Source: Balanoglossus misakiensis (lineage: Eukaryota; Animalia; Hemichordata). Taken from it: DNA of 64,000 bases. Positions within the stretch are counted from its first letter, which is position 1, and each line of letters opens with the position of its first letter. Shown piece after piece: positions 26,370-39,059 of the stretch. The stretch is taken from the NCBI GenBank assembly GCA_040954595.2, contig CM082589.2:11606894-11670893 (forward strand), written 5' to 3'. Below the pieces are notes generated by a model, which had not been told where the DNA came from, searched no databases, and saw nothing but the letters and a program-made list of their open reading frames with translations. Position numbers and translations under genes: made by a program.

Positions 26370-27806
26370 TTTTTTATTTTATTTATTTATTACACAGATC
26401 AACGGGCAAACCCACTTACAGATCTGGGAAACAATAAAAACAATTAAGTCACAAAACAAAAATTAACTGAAAAACAAGACACCAAAAAAGTAACACATGT
26501 CACGTAAAATATAAATACAAATCAAGGAACAGTACTATTAAAATGACTGGATAAAATAGATTTAAAACTGTGGAGCGTAGAAAAAATATCAATATTACAT
26601 TTAGAAGAAATCTCATTAAAAGCAGACATGCATCTGAGCATTGTCGAGAATTTTCTACAATTAACGGAGCGCAAGTCGGGTTTAAAAAGGGGTTTCTTGC
26701 GTAAATTTCTACTAGGGGCGTAAAACATATTTGATTTAAAATACCAGGTGAATCATACTGTGAGTGGATAATTTTGTATAAAAAAAAACATGTCAAGGGT
26801 GAGTCTTCTGTTATATAACATTGGGATATTCAGTAATCTACAATAAATAGGGTAGCTGGACCTGCTGCAGTGAATATTGAGTTTGCAACAAATGTACTTC
26901 ACAAACTTAATTTGTACCCGCTCAATCTTGTCTGACAGGCCCTTTTGGTGGGGTGACCACACAACAGAGCCATACTCTAGAATAGATCTTACATAAACAA
27001 AATATAGAGAAATAATAGCGGATATGTCATTAAAAGGCTGGCAGAGGCGCTTAATAAAACCCAGAGATTTGAAGGCTCTGGAAACTGTGTTATTTATGTG
27101 GAAAGAATAATTGAGATTAGAAGTAAGGTATATGCCCAAGTCCTTGATTACAGAAACACGTTGAAGGGGAGTGCCATTGATAGAGTAGTCAGTAGATGAA
27201 ATAACCCTTTTCTTTAGGGTGAAACTGATGAATTTGCATTTATTGATATTAGGTGACAACTTCCAGTTGTCACACCAGAGAGCAAATTTATCAAGGTCTT
27301 TCTGTAACAAGTCACAATCAGCGGAGGAGGTGATGGTACGGTAAATCTTAGCATCGTCGGCATACATGCTGAGCTTTGCAGAAATATCTAACAGTGATAT
27401 ATCATTTATATACATTACAAAAAGTAGTGGCCCCAAGAGTGAACCTTGTGGGACCCCCGATGTAGCAGTGAAGCTGTTTGACGAGTGACTGCCAAACACC
27501 ACCGTCTGTTGTCTGAGATGGAGATACGACGCCAGCCAGCTGTGCAAATTGCCACATATACCAAATTTGGCGGCTTTGTACAGCAGTAGTGTGTGACAGA
27601 CACTGTCAAACGCCTTGCTAAAATCAGTGTAGATTGAATCTACCTGTTCTTTGTTGTTCAATGAAGCTGAAATGAAATCAGTGTAAGCCACTAAGTTGGT
27701 TGTGGTAGATCTATTTTTAACAAATCCATGCTGATCAATGGATATATTTGGTTGAACATGCTGGTAGATATGAGGGACAATGACAGCTTCGAAAATCTTA
27801 GCAAAA
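26370..27806 (-). mobile_element. 5'-truncated CR1/Jockey-group LINE inserted in the BEL RT
   Basis: RT motifs QHGF..RST, YTDFSKAFDSV, GVPQGSLLGPLLF, YADD, KDLG, WSPH..IERVQ; A/AAAT-rich tail at 26370-26390; TAT on both sides (26367-69, 27807-09). Confidence 0.92.
26753..27806 (-). pseudogene. LINE reverse transcriptase fragment
   Basis: ORF 26753-27691 extends upstream in frame as FAKIFEAVIVPHIYQHVQPNISIDQHGFVKNRSTTTNL; frameshifted toward the C-terminus. Confidence 0.9.
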
Positions 27807-30612
27807 TATCAACTCCATCGATCACATTATCCACACAGATATTATTTCCCAATCTGTCAGCGGTGGGAAGTTGACTATTGTTCTCTAAATGCGTCTTGAT
27901 AACCGCATTGAGGATGAATGGGGAACAGACTGCTCCAAACAAGACAGACTTAAACTGCAAAGTTATGAAGTCACTTTCTGGGTCGTTAATGTCCGACAGC
28001 CACAGAAATTTCGTGAATTTCCTCTCATCTTCTTCCAACCGAATGTTCAGGAATGCTTTCTCAATGTCAGCTGTGAAAGCAATGTTATTGGCGCGGAATC
28101 TCAGCAGAATCGCTGGCAGGTCATTTATTAATGACGGTCCAGTTTGCAAGCAATCATTCAAACTTGGATAATTAGAATCCTTCTTACAAGAGCAATCATA
28201 AACGATGCGAATGGGTGTTGTGGTCGAATTCTTAACCACCGGACGATGTGGCAAATAGTGTCCGATATTCACGTCATCTTCGTCAACCTCTCCGATGAAG
28301 TCGCGACGTCTCTGTTCATTGATTATGTCGTCATATTTCTTGATGAGTTCAGAGGGTAACCTGCGTATCATATTACGCGTGCGTTTCATGGCGACATCGT
28401 AGTTGGTGGGTAGTGGAGGGTGATCTTCCTTCCACAGTAGTTTAGCTACGTATTTTCCTCGGTCAACTCTCAAGTGCGTGTCTCTGTAAGACTCGTACGT
28501 CAACTGTTCATCAACTGTTGGATTGTCCTGAATACCGATCAATTCAAGGTCCCACATATTTTGGACCTGTGGTTCTCGGCCGATCGCAGTACTATCCATC
28601 GGTGTATACATGTCCGTTGCGCGATCTCCATGCAGTCCGTTGATAGAGTTCTCTGAAACTACGTTACTGGTATCAGCAGTAGAAATCACATGTAAGATAT
28701 GCGCATTAGAATCCACTTTGGGAGTTCCGAGGGGTCCGGAGAGTAAGTATCCAAATTTGGATGACACAGCAGTGGGGCCGGACGCGCCAGAAATAACGTG
28801 TGAGCCCATGAAATTCCAATATTGGTCGGCTCCGATTAGAACATCTATTGGCCACGACTGATCACTCGAAACTGGATGTGCGAATGGTAGCCCTTTCAGG
28901 TGGCTCATATTGTGGACTTCCTGAGAAATGTGATTTGTTAAGTCCGACGATATCTCTGGAATTATCATCGCGTGAATAGTTGAAGTATTCCCGTTCAGTT
29001 CATGAGCAGTTAGTTCGGTGAATCCCATGGTGCGTACTTTGGAATCCTTGCCACGGAAGGTCGATAACTTTATGTGTTCGTGCCGCGTAGCTTTCGCGGA
29101 CAGCTGACGGGCGAATCTCTCAGTGACGAATGTCTTATTTGCTCCTTCATCAAACAGGATGATGGCATGTATGGGGGTTCCCCGTCCGACAGACAGTGGT
29201 ACAAACGCAGTTTTCAGCAGCACTGGCCCAGTGTTTATCTTCTTATCCGTAAATGTATCGGTATTAGTCAATGTTACTTTGACATCAGAAGTACTTGATG
29301 ATGGCGATGGCGAGGACGACGCTCCGGTTGGCGTAGTTGTAGCGGTGGGAACGTCGTAGTGTAGCGCAGAGTGATGACGTTTCCTACACTTTCTGCAGGA
29401 GTATTTTGATTTACACTCCGCAACTCTATGTTTTCCAAAGCAATTAAAACATAGTCTGTCCTTCTTCACAATGTCCAGTCTCTCGCGCGTATCAGTTACC
29501 ACAGTGCAATTTGACGCGAAGTGTGACCCTTTGCAGAACGGGCACGTTTTGACAGGGGCGCGAAAATTCTGTTTACCTGTCATCTGCGTTTTCGTGTGAA
29601 ACGCGGTTATTACCGGTTCTCTGGTAGTGGCCATTGTTATCTCGTCGACCCGGTTGCCGGCTTGAAGGGCGTTTATCTCGTGTTGAATGGCTTTTCGTAG
29701 ATCTGGTAATGTCCACGCAGCATTACCATGTTTTCTTGCTATCTGCTCTCGAATGTTAGGAGGTAATTTCTCCCGTATTATTGGAACCAAAAGTTCGCCG
29801 TATGTGGTTTCCTCCTTACCCAGCGACTGAAGACCTCGAACGTGATTTTCAATCGAGTCGTAGAAATGCCTTAAACTTTGTACGTCGGCGGTTGGGCTTT
29901 GTAGATTCCACAACGCGGTCATATGAGCATCTACTATGAGATGGGTTTGTCCGTATCTTTCGGTCAATAAGTCAATCGCGTGCGTGAGTGGCAATCCGTT
30001 GATTGTTCTCGCTGCTTCATCTTTGAGTACACTCCGCAAATACGTAAACTTCTGAATGTTGTCCAAATTAGTGTCCGAAGGTATCGAAGACTTGAATACA
30101 TCGAAGAAACTCGACCATTCTATTACATTGCCTGAGAAAGTTTGCAGCTGGAGTTTCGGTAGAGTTACTGTTTTACGAGGCGTCGCGTTGCCGAGGCTGC
30201 TTCCCGTTACATTACCAGTACTAGTAGTAGTTGTCCGCATCTCCGATTTGTTTTTCTTGATGAAAGATGCGATGCGATGATTGTGTTCGAAGATTTCGGC
30301 GTGGTAGTCGCCTGAAGTTTCATTTTCTTCGTCAAAGTGTTCATCGTCAATTAGATCGAGGATTCTCACCTCGAGGTCGGCGAGTAGACGGATCTTGTTC
30401 GAAAGTTGTTCGTTTAGCCCTTCCAGCGTGTCGAGTGTAGTCGGCTTGTCTGTACCGACGTCTACGAAATTGTTCATGATGGTGTCGGCCCGGTTGAACA
30501 GTCGGGTCACTTGTGCGCGTTGACCACGACGCGATCTCTTCAGTTTTGTCAACGCTGTTGGCTGATCCTCTTGTTGTCCATCTTGTGGCGCGATGTGTTC
30601 TTGTTCCGACAT
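27807..30612 (-). CDS. BEL/Pao gag-protease-RT N-terminal part
   Basis: LPKLQLQTFSG..W (DUF1759-type), three Cys-His knuckles (CPFC..H..C, CFNC..H..C, CRKC..HH), ILFDEGA protease, YLPHRPV, ADIEKAFL, FGAVCSPF, CVDN in place of YVDN. Confidence 0.95.
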
Positions 30613-30623
30613 CTTGCTCGGTT

Positions 30624-30641
30624 ATCCTGGTCTCGGCACCA
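30624..30641 (-). promoter_or_regulatory. Primer-binding site, tRNA-His-like
   Basis: TGGTGCCGAGACCAGGAT lies 4 nt after the 5' LTR; complementary to a tRNA 3' end ATCCTGGTCTCGGCACCA; His vs Phe assignment is from memory. Confidence 0.75.
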
Positions 30642-30645
30642 AAAA

Positions 30646-30981
30646 TGTGGGGAAGTATCGTGGCAGTGATCAATACTCCCGGGAGGGGGTTCGAGTATAC
30701 TGACGTCGGAAAAGAAGCGAACGATTCAGTGCTAGGTAAAACACTGGTTTATTACCATCTGAATCCAACAACAAAGTAACACCACAGAGCTCCTTACAAA
30801 AAGCTGCCCGAAATCGCCAAAACTGGGTTATATATAAGTCCCACGAACGCCGGAGCAAACACTCAAAAATTACAATAAATCTGCTACAAGTATAAAGTTT
30901 GGCGGGAAACAAAGTCAACTCTGATAGGGTAAGAGTTTCCGTCACGTGATCCTTCTGGAGTAAATCTCTCACTTCTCCATA
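30646..30981 (-). repeat. 5' LTR of the BEL/Pao element (336 bp)
   Basis: Matches the 3' LTR except a 7-bp indel (tataaag) and a few substitutions. Confidence 0.95.
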
Positions 30982-32137
30982 CAAATTGTGGCTAAAATTG
31001 TTATTTTCGTGTTGAATGCCGCCAGTGTCACAGCTTTTAAAAGTCATAAAAACTTTTAACATACAAGCAATTGTTTATATATGATCAGGTCACCGAATTA
31101 AAAAAATAAAGAATGTTTTGCCTAAAAATGACCTTTTTGGTGCAAAAACGAATAAAACGCAATTTTGTATTAAATCAGCTCATTCACAGTGTATTTTTTA
31201 TAATCAGCACCATTTTTACATATAATGGAAATTTCATACATCATCAGATATCCAAATATGAAAAAATGATTTAGATTTTAGATGATTGTCCAAAATTAGC
31301 TGATATCTAATAAAATGTAGTATTGAACCGTTCTGTCCCCCCCCCCCTACATTATATGCGGTACGCCGATGTCAGCTTACCCGGCAGTACTGCAGGCCGT
31401 GCCCCCAACTAACGTCGGTGTTTGAAACGCCCTGGTTAAATTCGGGCTTTCTCTATAAATGGACAGGCAATAATGCAGTCCTACCCGAACAAATTTCGAG
31501 TGTAGACCCGCTGTGACTTTCCCTCTTCGGTTTGCCCGACTTAGTCAACGTCTTTGTACTAGAGTGTCGGGTCTTTTGCAGAGCCAGGCCGAAGAAATTC
31601 CGACTTGATCAACGTTGCTAACAAACGCTAGTGTCTGTCATGGTGTGCCGGGGTTTTAGTCGAGCCAGGCCGTAGGAGATCTGACTTGATCATCGTGGTC
31701 AATGTACGCGTGTTTCCGCTCTAAAGTGCCGGGGCTTCAGCTAAACCAGGCCGTAGGAAATCCGACGTAATCACCGTTGATAACTTACGCCAGTCTGTGT
31801 CATATAGAGCCGGTGCACCAGCCGAGTCACGCCGTAGGAAATCTGACTTGATCAACGTGGTCAATGTACGCGTGTTTCTGCTCTAGAGTGCCGGGGCTTC
31901 AGCTGAGCCAGGCCGTAGGAAACCCGACGTGATTACCGTTGTTAACTTACGCCAGTCTGTGTCCTATATATAGTGCCGGGGCATCAGCCGTGCCAGGCCG
32001 AAGGAAATGTGAGTAGATCAACGTGGTCTCTGTACGCGTGTTTCTGCTCTGGAGTGCCTGCCGGGGCTTTATCCAAGCCATGCCGTAGAAAATCTGACTT
32101 GATCACCGTTGCTAACGTACGCTAGTGTCTGTCATAA

Positions 32138-35133
32138 TAGTCATGTTTCATAAGTCAGGTCCATGACATATGTACCGACATCTGTGATTGGTCCATCTGG
32201 TAATCTTAGGTCCACTTGAGGCACGGTGATTGGAGGGACCTTATGTGTTAGGTCTTATTATTATGTATTATTCACTAGACCTTGTAGGTTAGGTCTTATT
32301 ACTATGTATTATTCACTTTACAGCTCCCTGATTGGTTAATGTGTAGGTCTCCAATTTTCACTGCCTCGTTATGCAAAGTCTTTTGTACTTTCTGAATACA
32401 GTTGTCGTATTCTGTCTGGCATGCTGCCTGCGCGTTGTCGAAGCTCGATCCCAGTGTATAAAGAAAGGCACTCATATAATGATTGGATTTAACCTTTCCT
32501 TCACTATTCATGGCATTTTTTTGTGATACTGTGAACTAGATACTCGAAATAAAAATTGCCAGGAGAATTGTTTTATTTTATTTCCAGTGGCGGTTTGTTG
32601 AAATGGGCTAGTGTTTTGTTACGTAATGCTTTTCAGCGCATCACTTTGTGTAACACCTGGCTGAATACGAAGTGTGTGCTATTCATTCGAGCAAACCAAA
32701 AATATCTTACAATAGAACTGTTTAGAATAGCATTGCATTTCTTTAATTGGGATACCTCATTAGTTGCTTTACAGGTATGATTACTTTTATTGTACTTCTT
32801 TCACGAAGCTGCACCGTCATAGTTCCATTTTTATGAAAACAATATACGAATGTATAAACGGACAACGTACTCCTTTTCACAACATCTACGTCAAAACAAA
32901 TTTACTTTAAAATAGTAAAACAACAATAATAATATTGATGATGAGAAGTAGGAGGGTGATTTAAGAAAATATACAACTGTTAGCAAAAATGCTTAGATGT
33001 GTTAATCAGATTTTCAAAGTCCATCTAAAAATCATTTAATCTTTCCAGGGTGCGGTTTATGTTGGAGATAGTATCAGTCAGGCTATTTCTCAGAAAATTA
33101 ATGAATGATCTGCGGACATCCCGAATAATGTGTTACCACAACGCTAGCCAGGAAGCACATGGGACATTTCACAATGAGGCAGTGAACACTGGGAGACCAG
33201 ACTGACACGTTAACCAATCAGGGAGCTGTATGGTGAATAAATACATATTAATATGACCTAACCTACAAGGTCCTGTATTATGAGGCAGTGAACACATGGG
33301 GGACCAGACTGACACGTTAACCAATCAGGGAGCTGTAAAGCGAAAAATGCATAGTAATAAGACCTAACCTACAAGGTCTAGTGAATAATACATAATAATA
33401 AGACCTAACCTACAAGGTTCCTCCAATCAGCGTGCCGCAAGTGGACCTAAGAGAAGCGGATAAACCAATCAAAACATGCAATACATGTGTATAGGACGTG
33501 TAATGTAGGTCATAGTAGTCCTGTTTCAAAATGACCTACATTACACGTCCTATACACATGTATTGCCTGTTCTGATTGGTTTATCCGATTCTCTAAGGTC
33601 CACTTGCGGCACGCTGATTGGAGGGACCTTATAGGTTAGGTCTTATTACTATGTATTATTCACTAGACCTTGTAGGTTAGGTCTTATTAATATGTATTTA
33701 TTCACCATACAGCTCCCTGATTGGTTAACGTGTTAGTCTGGTCCCCCATGTGTTCACTGCCTCATTATACAGGACCTTGTAGGTTAGGTCTTATTAACAT
33801 GCATTTATTCAATTTTCAGCTCCCTGATTGGTTAATGTGTAGGTCTCCAATTTTCACTGCCTCGTTATGCAAAGTCTTTTGTACTTTCTGAATACAGTTG
33901 TCGTATTCTGTCTGCCATGCTGCCTGCGCGTTGTCGAAGCTCGATCCCAGTGTATAAAGAAAGGCACTCATATAATGATTGGATTTCACCTTTTCCTTCA
34001 CTATTCATGGCATTTTATGTGATACTGTGAACTAGATACTCGAAATAAAAATTGTCAGGAGAAATTTCGTATTTTATTTCCAGTGGCGGTTTGTTGAAAT
34101 GGGCTAGTGTTTTGTTACGTAATGCCTTTCAGCGCATCACTTCGTGTAACACCTGGCTGAATACGAAGTGTGTGCTATTCATTCGAGCAAACCAAAAATA
34201 TCTTACAATAGAAATGTTTAGAATAGCATTGCATTTCTTTAATTGGGATACCTCATTAGTTGCTTTACAGGTATGATTACTTTTATTGAACTTCTTTCAC
34301 GAAGCTGCACCGTCATAGTTCCATTTTTATGAAAACAATATACGAATGTATAAACGGACAACGTGCTCCTTATCACAACATGTTCGTCAAAACATATTTA
34401 CTTTAAAATAGTAAAACAACAATAATAATATTGATGATGAGAAGTAGGAGGGTGATTAAAAAAATATACAACTGTTAGCAAAAATGCTTAGATGAGTTAA
34501 TCAGATTTTCAAAGTCCATCTAAAAATCATTTAATCTTTCCAGGGTGCGGTTTATGTTGGAGATAGTATCAGTCAGGCTATTTCTCAGAAAATCAATGAA
34601 TGATCTGCGGACATCCCGAATAATGTGTTACCACAACGCTAGCCAGGAAGCACATGGGACATTTCACAATGAGGCAGTGAACACTGGGGGACCAGACTGA
34701 CATGTTAACCAATCAGGGAGCTGTATGGTGAATAAATACATATTAATAAGACCTAACCTATAAGGTCCTGTATAATGAGGCAGTGAACACATGGGGGACC
34801 AGACTAACACGTTAACCAATCAGGGAGCTGTATGGTGAATAAATACATATTAATAAGACCTAACCTACAAGGTCCTGCATAATGAGGCAGTGAACACTGG
34901 AGGACCAGACCTACACATTAACCAATCAGGGAGCTCTAAAGTGAATAATGCATAGTAATAAGACCTAAGCTACAAGGTCTAGTGAATAATACATAGTAAT
35001 AAGACCTAACCTACAAGGTCCCTCCAATCAGCGAGCCGCAAGTGGACCTAAGATTACCAGATCGACCAATCACAGATGTCGGTACTTATGTCTTGGACCT
35101 GACTTATGAAACAGGACTTTTGAAACAGGACTA
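32138..35133. mobile_element. Dimer of non-autonomous TIR elements with TAG..CTA ends (Academ-like) and long repetitive subterminal inverted repeats
   Basis: Interrupts macrosatellite gtcata/ttgtgac; copy 2 (33516-35133) has a perfect 15-bp TIR tagtcctgtttcaaa/tttgaaacaggacta; ~1-kb core is repeated directly with an offset of 1496 (32556 vs 34052); no clean TSD. Confidence 0.7.
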
Positions 35134-37894
35134 TTGTGACGGAGATTTAGCCGAGCCAGGCCGTAGAAAAATCGACTTGTTCAACGTTACCAGTGTGCAA
35201 CTGTTTCTGCTCTAGAGTGTCAGGGTTTTAGCCGACTTATGCTGTAGGAAATCTGAGTTGATGAATGGGAATTCAATGTTAGAAAACCCGTGTGGAAAGT
35301 ATCTCTACCCGTTTGAAACTAAGAAAAGAATTTATTCTTATTTATTTTGTAAAAAAGACAATTTTTCGAAAAAAAGTCGAAAATGGTAATTTTGTCTTGG
35401 GTGATTCAAATTATACCGCCTTTTCTGGAATTTGCAGCACTTTTTACAAGAGAACGACACTTCATGCTCCATAATATTTCCGAAAATGAAGAAAAGAGTT
35501 AATTTTTTATGATTTTTTAAAAATTTACCATTTTTGTCAAAATATGGCCAAATGGCTATTTTTTCTTGAATTCCGTCAATATCTCTGCATTTTTGGAGTG
35601 ATCGAAAGTTTTAACATATAATCAACATGTCATATATGATCAGGGCACCAAATTCGAAGAACAAAGGTTTTTTTTATTTTTTTTTTCTAAAAATGACATT
35701 TTCAAGGAAAATTTGGTAAAACGCAATTTTGTCTGCAGTGAGCCAAATTGACCGTTTTTTGTGGAATTTGTATCGATATATATATACGAAGAGCATTCTA
35801 TACTCCATCAGATTTCCGAAAATGTAGAAAACAGGTATTTTTGTAATTTTCAAAAATTTACCATTTTGACCAAATTGTGGCTAAAATTGTTATTTTCGTG
35901 TTGAATGCCGCCAGTGTCACTGCTTTTAAAAGTCATAAAAACTTTTAACATACAAGCAATTGTTGATATATGTGATCAGGTCACCGAATTAAAAAAATAA
36001 AGAATGTTTTCCCTAAAAATGACCTTTTTGGTGCAAAAACGAATAAAACGCAATTTTGTATTAAATCAGCTCATTCAGAGTGCATTTTTTATAATCAGCA
36101 CCATTTTTACATATAATGGAAATTTCATACATCATCAGATATCCAAATATGAAAAAATTATTTAGATTTTAGATGATTGTCCAAAATTAGCTGATATCTA
36201 ATAAATGTAGTATTGAACCGTTCTGTCCCCCCCCTACATTATATGCGGTACGCCGATGTCAGCTTACCCGGCAGTACTGCAGGCCGTGCCCCCAACTAAC
36301 GTCGGTGTCTGAAACGCCCTGGTTAAATTCGGGCTCTCTCTATAAATTGACAGGCAATAATGCAGTCCTACCCGAACAAATGTCGAGTGTTGACCCGCTG
36401 TGACTTTCCCTCTTCGGTTTGCCCGACTTAGCCAACGTCTTTGTACCGGAGTGTCGGGTCTTTTGCAGAGCCAGGCCGAAGGAAATCCGACTTGATCACC
36501 GTTGCTAACGAACGCTAGTGTCTGTCATGGTGTGCCGGGGTTTTAGCCGAGTCACGCCGTAGGAAATCTGACTTGATCAACGTGGTCAATGTACGCATGT
36601 TTCTGCTCTAGAGTGCCGGGGCTTCAGCTGAGCCAGGCCGTAGGAAATCCGACGTGATTACCGTTGTTAACTTACGCCAGTCTGTGTCCTATATATAGTG
36701 CCGGGGCATCAGCCGTGCCAGGCCGAAGGAAATGTGAGTAGATCAACGTGGTCTCTGTACGCGTGTTTCTGCTCTAGAGTGCCAGGGCTTTAGCCAAGCC
36801 ATGCCGTAGGAAATCTGACTTGATCAACGTTGCTAACGAACGCTAGTGTCTGTCATAGTGTGCCTGGGTTTTAGTCGAGCCAAGCCTTAGGAGATCAGAC
36901 TTGATCAACGTGGTCTCTGTACGCGTGTTTCTGCTCTGGAGTGCCGGGGCTTTATCCAAGCCATGCCGTAGAAAATCTGACTTGATCACCGTTGCTAACG
37001 TACGCTAGTGTCTGTCATATTGTGACGGAGATTTAGCCGAGCCAGGCAGTAGAAAAATCGACTTGTTCAACGTTACCAGTGTGCAACTGTTTCTGCTCTA
37101 GAGTGTCAGGGTTTTAGCCGACTTATGCTGTAGGAAATCTGAGTTGATGAACGGGAATTCAATGTTAGAAAACCCGTGTGGAAAGTATCTCTACCCGTTT
37201 GAAACTAAGAAAAGAATTTATTCTTATTTATTTTGTAAAAAAGACAATTTTTCGAAAAAAAGTCGAAAATGGTAGTTTTGTTTACACTCACTAGCACTAT
37301 CCACAGTAAAACACGACACAACAATATGTACAGTGTGTGGTCACGTTGCTAGCCGTCCACATTTATTACCCTCCATAGACCTACATAAGTCTTGAGTTTA
37401 ATACAAGAAAGTTAATTACTACTCGTGAAAGAGAAAAAGCCAGAGTACCATGTAATTGCTAGTAAAAACCTTTACAAAAGTACAATGCGAAAACAAGTGC
37501 TGAATACATCTCGCACTAAAAACCAGAGAGAAAACCTATCTATTTAATAGGCCAAAAACTCTGGAAAAGCGTTAGATGTTCAGACACACTGACTCTCCAC
37601 TAAGAACAATAGAATAATACAACTCTAAAGAAAAAATTAGCCGTGTAGTCACCTTGCCAGCAACGTGTAGACTGACGTTCCGCTAGTGATAGCGCCCTCT
37701 ATGGCAACAAAACATTACTTTCTTGTATCTACTACGTGCCTCAAGAAAGTACACGTTTTGTTTACACTCACTAGCACTATCCACAGTAAAACACGACACA
37801 ACAATATGTACAGTGTGTGGTCACGTTGCTAGCCGTCCACATTTATTACCCTCCATAGACCAAAAACAGAAGGGGAATTAGAGAAGAAACGGCT

Positions 37895-38948
37895 TTAAAT
37901 ACCCAGACTCCTTGATACCTTAAGTAAGCTATCCACGTCGTCTTGAATATACCCATCCTTTGCAGCATCAGATTTCCACCTACCATGTTTCTTAAGCTCT
38001 CGGTCACTGACTCCAGCGTGAGCTGCTGCAGTTGTTCCCCCAATCCTAAAAGAATCAATGTGTCCCAAAACACGAAACGTCTGGAACAACAGCCCCCAAC
38101 TTCTCTCTAACAATCTCCCTTACACGGGTATAGCTTAACTTCTTATTTAGGTGGACCAAACTACATTTGCCACCGGATGAAAAAAGTGGTCTAAAAATGA
38201 ATGCATCCTGATTTGTCACAGGCCCTAAAAGGGATAGATACTGCTCCAGCTTAGCAACTGGACACGCTGGACCCCCAGTTCTAGCTACATGAACTGAGTT
38301 GCCCTGTTTACACTGATCTGTTTTGCTTTGGCTAACCCAAATGACAACATGGGAAGAACAAATGTAAATATCCTTAAACTTAATATTGACAACATCGCTA
38401 TATCTAAAAAATCCTGCGTATGCTAGCAGGATCAAACAAACGTCTCTAACATCTTTTAACAAACGTGAGTCCTTAAACAGTGAAGTAATGTCTTGTAAAA
38501 TATTACTCGTAACTGGTCGTTTCTTTTGCACCGGTTTTCCCAGGAGGCGACAGGCTGAAGCCACCAAATTTTGCACAAAAGGATTCTCTGTTGGGGATGG
38601 TAACCCTGCCAAATTGTGGGCCCAACGAATACCGTAATGTGCAACTTCAACAGATTGCTTAGTTGCCCCCTTATCCAAGCCACACTGAATTAAATTTGAA
38701 AAATAAAGGGAAACATGCGCAACCTGTGCAGGAAAAACAGGAAAGCTAAAACTCTTGGCAAAAGTTGCCCAACGGTGAAAAGCTGCTGCGTAAACTCTGG
38801 TTGTTGAATCAGCTTTGGAAGCCATAGCGAAAACTGGCAGTGCCATAGCCAATCTACTGATCTCCGGACTATCACGTGCTAGGCTGTCAATTTCTTTCCA
38901 TATTCCAGTGCTGAATACCTCAGTGTCTGTAATAAACAAAAAGTGCAT
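37895..38948 (-). pseudogene. Tyrosine recombinase with one frameshift near 38055
   Basis: LAYAGFFRYSD (R), SKTDQ (K), GTH/SFRIGG (HxxR split by the frameshift), HGRWKSDAAKDGY (H/W, Y). Confidence 0.92.
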
Positions 38949-39059
38949 TAAATGTCATTACATAGCTAATGCTAGTGTTCCATGTGCACATAACGTGCTT
39001 GGACTACAATGATTAGAACATTTGTCTAATACTAGAGTCCGCCATAACGGCCAGCCAGC

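Larger units (their letters stand above)
23062..30981 (-). mobile_element. Full-length BEL/Pao LTR retrotransposon
   Basis: Near-identical LTRs 23062-23390 and 30646-30981; 5-bp TSD CAAAT (23057-61, 30982-86); PBS, polypurine tract and gag-pol present. Confidence 0.96.

Noticed and set aside
27691-30612. 973-aa ORF as a complete protein
   Set aside because: The last ~38 residues are out-of-frame read-through into the inserted LINE
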